From the IMG/VR virus record IMGVR_UViG_3300021356_000154, positions 1-24,991 of that record: 24,991 bases of DNA, one strand, 5' to 3'. Within the stretch, counting starts at the first letter, position 1. Each line of letters begins with the position of its first letter. Positions 1 through 8,895 of the stretch are shown piece by piece. The position numbers and the translations under genes are program-made. The notes below the pieces were generated by a model. It was not told the DNA's origin. It saw only the letters and a list, made by a program, of their open reading frames with translations, and did no database searches. This stretch comes from a virus (Duplodnaviria > Caudoviricetes).

Positions 1-1
1 T

Positions 2-622
2 GTAATCGATTATCTCGCACCAAGTGCAAGTAAATTATATGAAACTTTTTGTGATGAAGTAAGTCTTCCACCATCACAAGCAGCAACTGGTCAAGTTACT
101 GGTATGCATTTAGGTGAAGGGATGCGATCTTACGCACACACTAAAATGTACACTGATTTTAGTCTGGGGTGGATGTGTGATGCTAACATGGAACCATATA
201 AATTCGTTCAATCATGGTGGCAGTACATTTTTCAGGAATATGATGCATCAGGTGAGATCGATACAGCAGCTGGATCTCAAATTGGTGCTAGTGAGGGAGC
301 AATGATGGGAGTAGCACCTCAAGTATCAAATAGAGCAACCAGACTTAGATATCCTGACGATTATTACTGCACAATTAGGATTGCTAAAGCAGAGAAAGGA
401 CCTAATGGAGATGCATCTAGAATATCTGCAGTGCATATTCTTCAGGATGCATATCCATATCAAATAGATGCTGTTCCTCTTTCATTTGGACAGTCGCAAC
501 TTACAAAATGCACTGCTAATTTTTACTATTCTAAGCACAGAGTAGTGTATAATGATAATAGAGGTTCGGGAACACTAGCACTGAATTTCTTAAATGGATT
601 TGGATCCTCAACTACAGCATAA
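2..622 (+). CDS. Tail tube family protein (T4 gp19/gp54-like tail tube initiator), 5'-truncated by window
   Basis: The frame of ORF 104..622 is open from position 2 (VIDYLAPSASKLYETFCDEVSLPPSQAATGQV...). The C-x-x-x-S-L-P motif, 'FVQSWWQYIF', 'YPDDYYCTIRI' and 'DAYPYQIDAVPLSFG...CTANFYY' resemble T4-like tail tube/gp54 proteins, and the gene precedes a gp26-like gene. Confidence 0.7.
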   Translation, partial: VIDYLAPSASKLYETFCDEVSLPPSQAATGQVTGMHLGEGMRSYAHTKMYTDFSLGWMCDANMEPYKFVQSWWQYIFQEYDASGEIDTAAGSQIGASEGAMMGVAPQVSNRATRLRYPDDYYCTIRIAKAEKGPNGDASRISAVHILQDAYPYQIDAVPLSFGQSQLTKCTANFYYSKHRVVYNDNRGSGTLALNFLNGFGSSTTA

Positions 623-625
623 ATA
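619..625 (+). promoter_or_regulatory. T4-like late promoter (ATAAATA)
   Basis: ATAAATA lies about 20 nt upstream of the gp26 start and matches the T4/cyanomyovirus gp55 late-promoter core. Confidence 0.55.
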
Positions 626-644
626 TTTAAAATAGGATTTTATT

Positions 645-1355
645 ATGGCATTACCAAAGGTTACTGCACCAACCTATGAGTTGGAATTGCCTTCTACTGG
701 CAAAAAAGTTAAGTATCGTCCATTTCTCGTAAAAGAAGAAAAACTTCTCCTTATCGCTACAGACTCTGGAGATGAGAGTCAAATCACTCAAGCAGTCATG
801 GATGTTATGAGTGCTTGTATTATCACTCGTGGTGTAAAACCAGAGAACCTAGCAAGTTTTGATCTTGAATATCTTTTCCTGAGAATTCGTGCCGCTTCAG
901 TTGGTGAGGAGATTGTTCTCAATGTCCGTTGCTTGGATGATAACGAGACTGAAGTCAGTCATAGTGTTAACATCAATACGATTGAAGTTTACAAACCAGA
1001 AGGACATAGCGATAAGATTATGCTGAGTGATAAAGTTGGTGTAATCATGAAGTATCCTAGTGTCTCTCAGTTTATTAGAACTGGGTTTGTTACTGATCCA
1101 AATGCAGATCCTTTGGATATTGTTGTTGAATCTCTTGATCAAATCTTTGAAGGTGAAGAGATTACAGAAGCATCTGACTGTACAAAGAAAGAACTTCTGT
1201 CCTTTATTGAGAGTATGACTCAAGAACAGTTCCAAAAACTTACTACGTTCTTTGAGACGATGCCCAGACTTCAGCATACATTTGAAGTCAAGAATCCTAA
1301 TACAGGGAAGACATCTAATTATACTATTGAGGGTCTACAGAGTTTTTTCGCATAG
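645..1355 (+). CDS. gp26: Baseplate hub subunit / tail assembly chaperone (T4 gp26 family)
   Basis: MALPKVTAPTYELELPSTGKKVKYRPFLVKEEK, DLEYLFLRIRAASVGE and the C-terminal FFETMP...IEGLQSFF are characteristic of T4-like gp26. Confidence 0.9.
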   Translation: MALPKVTAPTYELELPSTGKKVKYRPFLVKEEKLLLIATDSGDESQITQAVMDVMSACIITRGVKPENLASFDLEYLFLRIRAASVGEEIVLNVRCLDDNETEVSHSVNINTIEVYKPEGHSDKIMLSDKVGVIMKYPSVSQFIRTGFVTDPNADPLDIVVESLDQIFEGEEITEASDCTKKELLSFIESMTQEQFQKLTTFFETMPRLQHTFEVKNPNTGKTSNYTIEGLQSFFA

Positions 1356-1382
1356 CACTCTTCCATACATCTTTGGAAGAGT
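1343..1382 (+). promoter_or_regulatory. Candidate -1 programmed ribosomal frameshift signal (T TTT TTC plus hairpin)
   Basis: An in-frame heptamer T-TTT-TTC (1343-1349) is followed by a 7-nt spacer and a perfect 9-bp stem ACTCTTCCA (1357-1365)/TGGAAGAGT (1374-1382). The -1 frame is open to TAA at 1526-1528. Confidence 0.75.
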
Positions 1383-1405
1383 ATTACCAGACTAATTTCG
1401 CCCTG

Positions 1406-1528
1406 ATGCAGCATCATAAATACTCTTTGACCGAGCTAGATAATATGATACCTTGGGAAAGAATCGTCTATTTGGCGTTACTTACCCAATTCATTGAAGA
1501 GCAAAAACAACAACAATCTAACTTCTAA
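1406..1528 (+). CDS. gp51: gp51-like baseplate hub assembly segment (probably made as the -1 frameshift extension of gp26)
   Basis: MQHHKYSLTELDNMIPWERIVYLALLTQFIEEQKQQQSNF is the typical short cyanophage gp51-like ORF. It is absent from the ORF track, its frame is open upstream to the slippery site, and its stop overlaps the next start (TAATG). Confidence 0.8.
   Translation: MQHHKYSLTELDNMIPWERIVYLALLTQFIEEQKQQQSNF
1416..1422 (+). promoter_or_regulatory. Possible late promoter (ATAAATA) for the tape-measure-like gene
   Basis: ATAAATA lies about 105 nt upstream of ATG 1528, inside gp51 coding sequence; it could simply reflect His-Lys-Tyr codons. Confidence 0.3.
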
Positions 1529-4449
1529 TGCCTTCAGGAACTCAGGGTTATGAAATTACTTCTGGTAGCATAACCGAATCCCTAATTAATAGATTTAGAA
1601 ACCGAAAGGATAAAGACGAAAAAAAGTCTGGTTCTGGGAAGGGTGGACCCTTAGCGCCAACTGGTGGTGGAGGAGGGGGAGCGGTTCCTGCTAGTGTATC
1701 TGTTGTTACTCCAAATCAAAAGTTACTAGTTTCTGGACAAGCAAATCTATTAAGTGCTGGAAGTAGTGCAATTGTTCCTACAGATGGTGGAGCAATTACA
1801 AAGTATGATGATAAGTTAGTCGCAGTAAACGTACAGGTATTAGAAGAGAATAAAAAGCAGACTAAGTTAATTACTGCACAATCTCAATTACTAGCACTTA
1901 TGCCTGGTAAAATGGGAGGTGCTCTTGCTAAGTTTAGTAAACAAGAATCTGAGTTAGAAGAGACAGAAGATCTCTCAGGAACTCAAGATTATGCTAGAGC
2001 GAAAAGACCCAAGTGGTTAGACTTTTTGCTGGGTCTACTCAATGGTGTAATATCTGCTGTTAAAGCATTAGCACCAATTATTATGAAAGCAGCGGCAATG
2101 GTTGCTGCTGCAATGGCGGCAAGAAAACTTGCAGGAGCACTTGCTGATGCTCTTAGAGTCGTACCTGTGCGAGTCAGGGAGATGCCTAAGGCAGCATTGC
2201 CGCCTGCTGCTGCTGTTAGAGGAGCACTACCACCTGCACGGTCTTCTCAACTTGCACTACCACCTGCTAGTGTAACACCACAATCTTCTGCATTAGCAAG
2301 AACAACTCCAGCACCAGTCTCTGGACAGAGAGCACTACCTCCTGGTCAAGGTCAAGCATTTAATCCTGAAGTAAAAGCACAGACTAGAGCTTTAGAACCA
2401 CTAGAAATTGGAAGAGTTGATACTTCTAAGGTTGATCCAAGAGCACTTAGAGTTGATGGTAGTGGTGAAAGTTCGGTTGATCGATTACTAAAACAAGCAC
2501 GAGATCAATCACTCGGAAGAGAGGCTCAGGAACAAGCTGTTGCGGCACTCAGAAGAAAAAAGGTCGATCTAGATGTAAAACCAGTAACTCCCGCTATTCC
2601 AAAACCAAAAGCACCTGATATTCCAACAAAAGGAATATCAAATGCTGCTGGAGCAATGAGTGATGCTTCTAAAATGGTAGATAAGGCTGGAGCAGGAAAG
2701 TATTTGGTTCCTGGCGCATCCGCTATTTCAGCAGGTTTATCTATCATGGCGGGCGATTACGCTGGTGCTATTGTTGATTCTGCTGACGCTGCAGGAGATG
2801 CTCTAATGCTCGGTGGTGCTACTGGTATTAAAGCTACAATTGGAACCGCTTTATCATCTGCTGCAGCAGTTATTGGCGCTGGTATCACATCATCTTATAT
2901 TGGAGAAATGACCCGTGGGGTCGGTGATTGGGTTCGTGGTGATGGAAATAATATGGCGTTGAATTTGGTGAGCAGCATTGTTGAAGGACTTTCTGCAGCA
3001 CTTGAGACAATTGGCGCTCCATTCCGCGCAATCTTTGAGTTTATCAACTCTGGATTTAACATGGAGAAATCCAATGAAGTGATGGCGGATATTGACTCTA
3101 ATATCCGTGAGTCTGCTAGACAAGGACTCAATGCTATTGACTTCTTAAACATCATTCCAGATGAGAAAGGATCATTTGGTACACTAGGATTGTATGGCGA
3201 TGCTGCTAAGAAAGCAGATGCTAAGATGCGTGGTGAGGGTGAAGTCAAGAATGCTAGTGGCGGTTCATACTTCCTAGACAATCCTTCTAACTTTGGACCA
3301 TTCCAAGGTGGTGAAGCGGGCGGTGAACTTGTATCCTTTACTCCATTTGGAGGAAGACAACTTGTTAATGAAATGGGCGCACATATGAAGACTGCCCTAG
3401 AGCAACCATTTAAGTTTGCAATTGGTGGTATTGCTGTCGCTATTAGTGAAGTTATCAAAATTCTCGGTCCTATTGGACAACTCATGGGTCCTGTACTCAG
3501 ACCAGTTCTTGATAAACTGCTCAAAATTAGTGGAATATCAAATCTCCAATTGTCTGGAATCAGTGGTGGGGCATTGGGTCAACTTGGGGGAATGTTGAAT
3601 AGTCCTGGTGGACCGATGAATAATTTATTCCAAGGAATGAGTGGAACGTTCCAAAGAATGATGAGATCGTTGGGAATGACTAATGTGCCTGGTGTAACTC
3701 CTGGATCTCAACCTTACACTGGTCAAACTAGCGAGAGTGATTTCTCTGCAGTTCTACCACAAGGAAGACCTCAATTCAACAGTGGTTTTGGTAAGAGAGA
3801 TCTTGGATATGGATCTAAAGATCATAGAGGAATTGATATTGGTGTTGATAGAGGATCACCAGTCACTTCAATGGAGAAAGGAACTGTCTCTCACATCATT
3901 CCAGATTTCATGCATGGATCTGCAGTTGTTGTGACTAGTGATGATGGAAACGCAACTTTATATGGTCACGTTGATCCAACAGTTGCTCAAGGAGACGAAG
4001 TAAATAAAGGTGATAAGATTGCTACAGTTAAATATTGGCCAGGCACTGGAGCAATGGCTTCCGATAATACTCACTTACACTTGGAAAGACATCCTGGTGG
4101 ATATCAAGGACGAGGTAGTGCTGTAGATCCATTGCAGTTCACTAAAGGTAAATCTAAAGTTAAAAACGCAGAACTTAAGGCTGCTCAAAATAATGCAGCT
4201 AATGTTGCTCCTCCAAACAATACAACTGGATCTGTTATGCTTCCAAGAATCCAAGCAGCAGCAAAAGAAAATCCTGAACTGGCAGCACTCGCTAAGGTCA
4301 TGGAATTCAATCAGGCTACTCAACAGAGAGCTGCACAACCTCAACAACAGCAATCTGGTGGTCTTGGCGCAAATCCATTCGTAATGCCTTTGACTGATCC
4401 TAACGCTGCTAACCTAGCACCACTTACACTGTTTAAGTTATCGCAATGA
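1528..4449 (+). CDS. Tape-measure-like / baseplate hub protein with C-terminal M23 metallopeptidase
   Basis: Ala/Gly-rich helical protein immediately after the chaperone pair, with a 'ASGG...GEAGGELV' motif common in tape-measure C-termini. M23 zinc motifs HRGID (HxxxD) and HLHLE (HxH) lie at about 3775-4140. Confidence 0.7.
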   Translation: MPSGTQGYEITSGSITESLINRFRNRKDKDEKKSGSGKGGPLAPTGGGGGGAVPASVSVVTPNQKLLVSGQANLLSAGSSAIVPTDGGAITKYDDKLVAVNVQVLEENKKQTKLITAQSQLLALMPGKMGGALAKFSKQESELEETEDLSGTQDYARAKRPKWLDFLLGLLNGVISAVKALAPIIMKAAAMVAAAMAARKLAGALADALRVVPVRVREMPKAALPPAAAVRGALPPARSSQLALPPASVTPQSSALARTTPAPVSGQRALPPGQGQAFNPEVKAQTRALEPLEIGRVDTSKVDPRALRVDGSGESSVDRLLKQARDQSLGREAQEQAVAALRRKKVDLDVKPVTPAIPKPKAPDIPTKGISNAAGAMSDASKMVDKAGAGKYLVPGASAISAGLSIMAGDYAGAIVDSADAAGDALMLGGATGIKATIGTALSSAAAVIGAGITSSYIGEMTRGVGDWVRGDGNNMALNLVSSIVEGLSAALETIGAPFRAIFEFINSGFNMEKSNEVMADIDSNIRESARQGLNAIDFLNIIPDEKGSFGTLGLYGDAAKKADAKMRGEGEVKNASGGSYFLDNPSNFGPFQGGEAGGELVSFTPFGGRQLVNEMGAHMKTALEQPFKFAIGGIAVAISEVIKILGPIGQLMGPVLRPVLDKLLKISGISNLQLSGISGGALGQLGGMLNSPGGPMNNLFQGMSGTFQRMMRSLGMTNVPGVTPGSQPYTGQTSESDFSAVLPQGRPQFNSGFGKRDLGYGSKDHRGIDIGVDRGSPVTSMEKGTVSHIIPDFMHGSAVVVTSDDGNATLYGHVDPTVAQGDEVNKGDKIATVKYWPGTGAMASDNTHLHLERHPGGYQGRGSAVDPLQFTKGKSKVKNAELKAAQNNAANVAPPNNTTGSVMLPRIQAAAKENPELAALAKVMEFNQATQQRAAQPQQQQSGGLGANPFVMPLTDPNAANLAPLTLFKLSQ

Positions 4450-5777
4450 AGAATAATAATAACGCTGCCTCTTTTGTATTTGAAAGCATCACACTTACCA
4501 CAAATACTGGTAAGGCGTATGGTATTGCTCCTTTGGTCATGGGGTATAGTTATTATGAAGATATCTCAAAACCATTCATTACTGCGAATTTAAATATTGT
4601 TGATTCTGCAATTAATATTATCGGATCTGAAGAAGATGGTGGGATTACTGGTGGTGAGAGTGTAGAGATTAAAGTGAAAGGACCTGACGAACAGACATAT
4701 ACTTACAACTTTATTGTGTATCGCGTTGGCGATCGAATGATTTCAAATAAGATTCAGAGATACAATATTGGTTTGATTAGTGCTGAGGCACTTACTAATG
4801 AAGGACGTAAGGTTAGTAATACACAAGAGGGATATCCTCATGAAATTGTTGAGAGTATATTGACCGAGTTTCTTGATACAGATAAAGAAGTTACATCTGA
4901 TCCATCACAGAATAGACTGAAAATTATTCCAAGTGGAAAGAGTCCATTCTCTGTAATCGCATCTATTCAGGATAAGACACTACTGAGTAAGTCATCTACA
5001 GCAGAGCAATCCAGTCAGTCTGGAGAGTTTTTATCTGGTAGTGCAGGATATTTCTTCTTTGAAAATCATAATGGATACAACTTCAGATCCATCGATTCTT
5101 TATGTGATCTACAAGGAAAGTTTGGTAATCAACAAACTGAAGTAAAAACGTTTGTTGATAGTGCCGCAGAAGACTCATATGATGATACTATCTTATCGGT
5201 GCAGTTTCTTGGTGAGATCAATCTCATGGAAGGATTGAGACTGGGAGCATATGCATCTAAGGCAGCTTTCTATAACATGTCTACAGGAGAATATGAGCAG
5301 AAAATTTTCTCTGCGAAAAAATCATTTGAAAACCAAGCACACTTAGGAGCACAAGATACACTAAATCCAGAACAAGAAAGACTATCTGATTATCCAACTC
5401 GACAGATTTCTGCTATAATTGATCATGAGACTTTTTACAGTGGTCAAGACTCTGCCTCTCCAAATGGAAGTGGAGATAATCAATTGCTAGACTGGAGTCG
5501 TGATGTTATATGTCAGTCTATCTCTAGGAATTATCTCCTAAATACTCAAGGATTGCGTATCGAGGTCCCAGGAAACCTTGATTTAGTTGTGGGCGATAAG
5601 GTGCGCGTTCTGCTTCCTAATTCTAGTAATCAAGAGGACAGAAAAAACAACAGTGTTGATAGGCTAAACAGTGGATATTACTTAGTTACTCAAATATCCA
5701 GAGCGTTTGCAGTTTCTAACATGCAGGTTAGAACATCATTAAGACTACAGAGAGACTCTCTTGGAATGGTAGAATAG
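4446..5777 (+). CDS. Baseplate hub protein (gp27/GpD-like)
   Basis: YYEDI..PFITANLNIVDS, GYFFFENHNGYNFRSIDSL, IEVPGNLDLVVGDKV and SGYYLVTQISR motifs; lies between the tape measure and gp5 with an ATGA overlap. Confidence 0.65.
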   Translation: MKNNNNAASFVFESITLTTNTGKAYGIAPLVMGYSYYEDISKPFITANLNIVDSAINIIGSEEDGGITGGESVEIKVKGPDEQTYTYNFIVYRVGDRMISNKIQRYNIGLISAEALTNEGRKVSNTQEGYPHEIVESILTEFLDTDKEVTSDPSQNRLKIIPSGKSPFSVIASIQDKTLLSKSSTAEQSSQSGEFLSGSAGYFFFENHNGYNFRSIDSLCDLQGKFGNQQTEVKTFVDSAAEDSYDDTILSVQFLGEINLMEGLRLGAYASKAAFYNMSTGEYEQKIFSAKKSFENQAHLGAQDTLNPEQERLSDYPTRQISAIIDHETFYSGQDSASPNGSGDNQLLDWSRDVICQSISRNYLLNTQGLRIEVPGNLDLVVGDKVRVLLPNSSNQEDRKNNSVDRLNSGYYLVTQISRAFAVSNMQVRTSLRLQRDSLGMVE

Positions 5778-5803
5778 GAAAACACGTTACACACAAACGA
5801 ACT

Positions 5804-6031
5804 ATGGAAAACATCGAAGCACATATCGCTAAGGACAAAGAGATTCTTCAGAATCCCATGACCTCTCCCCAACAACGTCGTCACATTGAAGAGGAACTGC
5901 ATGATCTAGAAGAATACGTTGAGCATCACAAAGAAGAAATCGAAGCAGGAGATCATCACGATCCCACACCCCTTGAACTCTATTGTGATCAAGAACCTGG
6001 CGCACCTGAGTGCAAAATTCATGATAACTGA
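5804..6031 (+). CDS. cp12: CP12 Calvin-cycle inhibitor (phage auxiliary metabolic gene)
   Basis: Acidic 75-aa protein ending PTPLELYCDQEPGAPECKIHDN, the CP12 C-terminal Cys pair. It lacks the N-terminal Cys pair, as in marine picocyanobacterial and cyanophage CP12. Confidence 0.93.
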   Translation: MENIEAHIAKDKEILQNPMTSPQQRRHIEEELHDLEEYVEHHKEEIEAGDHHDPTPLELYCDQEPGAPECKIHDN

Positions 6032-6036
6032 TTAGT

Positions 6037-8895
6037 ATGGATCCATCTATCCGATCTCTATTACCAACCCACCAATTAGGATCTGACGGTGCTGAATGGT
6101 GGATTGGTCAAGTTGAAGAAATTGATCAACCAAAGAAATCTAACCGTTTTAGAGTTAGAATCGTTGGGGTACATGATGCTGACTGTGAAAATGTAAAGAC
6201 CGAGGATTTGCCTTGGGCACACACTGCTCTACCAGTTACTGTACCTTACAAAACTGGTGGATCTTCTGGTGCTTCTGCAAACCTTGAGGAAGGAGATTGG
6301 GTATTTGGTTTTTGGTTGAATATTGAAAAAACAAAACCACTTATTCTTGGATCTATTGGACATACTGCTAACTCAGCGGATTCACCCCCTGAGGATGTTA
6401 TATCCACTACTTCTGAGGATAAGTGCTTAAGTTTTAAAGTTGCTGTAAATCCAAAGACAAACCCTACCGCTGATAGTAGCGCAAATGCAGCTACAAATAA
6501 GAACCTAGCATCTGGTCAACTTGCTGGTAACTCTCAAACAACCATGTCTCCAGCAGATGGAGCTCATGCTGCTGAGAATAGTGCAGCAAATCCATTTGGT
6601 ACACAAGTTTGTGTATCTACTGCTCAAGCAGAATGTAATCCTGATACGAAAAGCGAACTCAACCATGTTCTTGGTGAGTTGTTTAAAATGGTTCAGGATA
6701 GCAGTGGAAACATCGGAGATTATCTTGTCGGCAAAGTAAACGGTGAACTCTTTAAGTACACCTCAAAAGCACAGGGTTACATCAATAAAGTTCTGAGGAT
6801 TGTTAAATCTGCTCTCGCTCGCGTCAGAGGCGAGATTATTGCTAAGTTAAAAGAAGGTATTGAATACCTAGTAAAACTGATTTTAACTCCTTTTGAGGGC
6901 ATTCTAGAGGGTGTTCAGGAGTTTCTAGAGACAACACTAGAGAAGATTGGTTGTAGCATTGAAGATATTTACGAGAGATTGGTTGACTTCATCACTGCTC
7001 TCATCTTTGATTACCTCCTCAAAGTATTCAGAGCAGCAACATGTCAAGTTGATATTTTCGTCAACGCAATTATTAACAAGATTACTGGATTCGTTAGTGG
7101 ACTTCTAGATGCTGTTTTAGGTCCATTACAAGCGATCCTAGGCATTGCTGGTGGTGCTCTAAATCTTGTCGGTGGAGCAATGTTTAAGATTATGTCCATC
7201 CTAGGCATTTCTTGTGGTGGTATTGACTCTGCTTGTGGTAGTGAAGATACTCGCTGCAATAAGAAAAAGAAAGATGAAGTTGGTGATTTCTTGGATGGTC
7301 TACTTGATGGACTTGAAAATGGTCCACTAGATTATGGTCAGAGTGTATGTGATGACGCAAGATCTTATGCTCCACCAGAATTAGCAGGTGGTATTATTTT
7401 TGGTGGTCTTCCTGATGTTCCTCCTGGTGGTGGTAATAGTCCCATTTATCCTGGTCCTGGAGATGAAAATCCCCCAGGTGGATCTACCTTACCGCCAGGA
7501 GAAACTACCCCAACAGATCCTCCTGCAGAAGCAATTACTTACGAAATCAAAGATACCAATGTCTTTGAGGGTGATATAGCACAAGTAAAAGTAATAAGAT
7601 CTGGTAATATTCAGGCATCTAGTTCTGTTACTTTCCAAACTTATGAATTAAGTGCAACCAAAGATGTCGATTATCAAGATGTTAGTGGTATTTTAGGATT
7701 TGGACCTAACCAAACCGAGAGAGTAATTTCTATTCAGACATATCAAGATGGCGAGCAGGATACTCCCGAAGATTTTGAAGTAGCGATTGAGTATTCTACA
7801 GGAACACAAGATGTATCATTCATTCAATCTACTGCTATTGTTACTATTGGGTTGAAACCTGATGTTGATCCTAATGATCCAACTCCATCAACACCACCAA
7901 ACATTATCGTTGGTCCTACACCTCCCTCACCACCACCAGGAGATGGAGGAACTGGTGATCTAGAAGACGATGATCCAGATCCTGATGCATTCATTCCTGA
8001 GGTTATTGTAGCTGAAGAAGTATCCGTAATTGTTAAGAGTGATAAGACTCAGGTCGAAGAAGGAGAGTTTATTACATACACCATTACAACAAATGGTATT
8101 CCAAACGATACTATATTGAGCTACAGTTTGTTCGGTTTAAACATTAATCAGGATGATATCATTGGTGGAAACCTATATGGAACTTTCGCAATTGTAAATA
8201 ACCAATCAACAGTTGTTGTTGGTATTAGAGAGGATGCTGAGATTGAAGGAACCGAAACACTTGTCTTCACTGTAAACGGAACTGGTGCTAAAACTTCAGT
8301 CGATATTAACGGACAAGATGAGTCACCAGTAAAACCACTAGTACCATCACCACCTGCAGATCATAAACCACCTACCATTGGTGATATTATTGTTGATGAT
8401 GACGGTAAGATTATTGATATTACGATTGATGATCCTGGAGATCCATACTTGCTACCACCACACATAGCAATCACTGGTCAAGGATGGGGAGCACTTGCAG
8501 TTCCTCTGCTTGATTCCAATGGATACGTTACTGAGATTCGTGTTACTCAGAGAGGAAGAAACTTTGTACCAAATAAACCAGATAACATCAATTGTGTGCT
8601 AGACTCACTAACACTAACTAGACCTGGAACTGGATATACTTCTATTCCAACTGTTTACATTAATGGAGATTCATCTCTAGTCACCGCTAGAATTAATGCT
8701 AGTGGATTTGTGATTGGATTTGATGTCTTAGATAGAACACAAATCTTTGATAATGCTCCTACGGTAGAAATTGTTGGTGGTGGTGGATTTGGTGCTAAGG
8801 CACTCGCTAGCCTATCATGTCTAGATAGTGATACTCGCGATCTACTTGGATATGCGAAGATTGGAACTGGTCGTTACGTTGATTGCCCATCATGA
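6037..8895 (+). CDS. gp5: gp5-like baseplate hub/spike, N-terminal part (OB-fold, helical region, Calx-beta/Ig-like domains)
   Basis: WWIGQVEE...RFRVRIVGVH...LPWA...GDWVFGFW...PLILGSIG is the gp5 N-terminal OB-fold. A Calx-beta-like domain lies at about 7534-7790, followed by Pro-rich linkers and PGxGY repeats; no lysozyme domain is recognisable. Confidence 0.85.
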   Translation: MDPSIRSLLPTHQLGSDGAEWWIGQVEEIDQPKKSNRFRVRIVGVHDADCENVKTEDLPWAHTALPVTVPYKTGGSSGASANLEEGDWVFGFWLNIEKTKPLILGSIGHTANSADSPPEDVISTTSEDKCLSFKVAVNPKTNPTADSSANAATNKNLASGQLAGNSQTTMSPADGAHAAENSAANPFGTQVCVSTAQAECNPDTKSELNHVLGELFKMVQDSSGNIGDYLVGKVNGELFKYTSKAQGYINKVLRIVKSALARVRGEIIAKLKEGIEYLVKLILTPFEGILEGVQEFLETTLEKIGCSIEDIYERLVDFITALIFDYLLKVFRAATCQVDIFVNAIINKITGFVSGLLDAVLGPLQAILGIAGGALNLVGGAMFKIMSILGISCGGIDSACGSEDTRCNKKKKDEVGDFLDGLLDGLENGPLDYGQSVCDDARSYAPPELAGGIIFGGLPDVPPGGGNSPIYPGPGDENPPGGSTLPPGETTPTDPPAEAITYEIKDTNVFEGDIAQVKVIRSGNIQASSSVTFQTYELSATKDVDYQDVSGILGFGPNQTERVISIQTYQDGEQDTPEDFEVAIEYSTGTQDVSFIQSTAIVTIGLKPDVDPNDPTPSTPPNIIVGPTPPSPPPGDGGTGDLEDDDPDPDAFIPEVIVAEEVSVIVKSDKTQVEEGEFITYTITTNGIPNDTILSYSLFGLNINQDDIIGGNLYGTFAIVNNQSTVVVGIREDAEIEGTETLVFTVNGTGAKTSVDINGQDESPVKPLVPSPPADHKPPTIGDIIVDDDGKIIDITIDDPGDPYLLPPHIAITGQGWGALAVPLLDSNGYVTEIRVTQRGRNFVPNKPDNINCVLDSLTLTRPGTGYTSIPTVYINGDSSLVTARINASGFVIGFDVLDRTQIFDNAPTVEIVGGGGFGAKALASLSCLDSDTRDLLGYAKIGTGRYVDCPS

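Noticed and set aside
104-106. ATG 104 as the start of the first gene
   Set aside because: The frame is open to the window edge and family-like sequence (CDEVSLP) lies upstream.
2895-3524. 209-aa minus-strand ORF and other antisense or alternate-frame ORFs inside the long genes
   Set aside because: These are explained by codon bias of the + strand genes; no recognisable domains or expression signals.
8883-8891. TTG start at 8883, or a frameshift fusing the two gp5 halves
   Set aside because: The ATGA overlap at 8892 explains coupling, and no slippery heptamer is visible at the junction.
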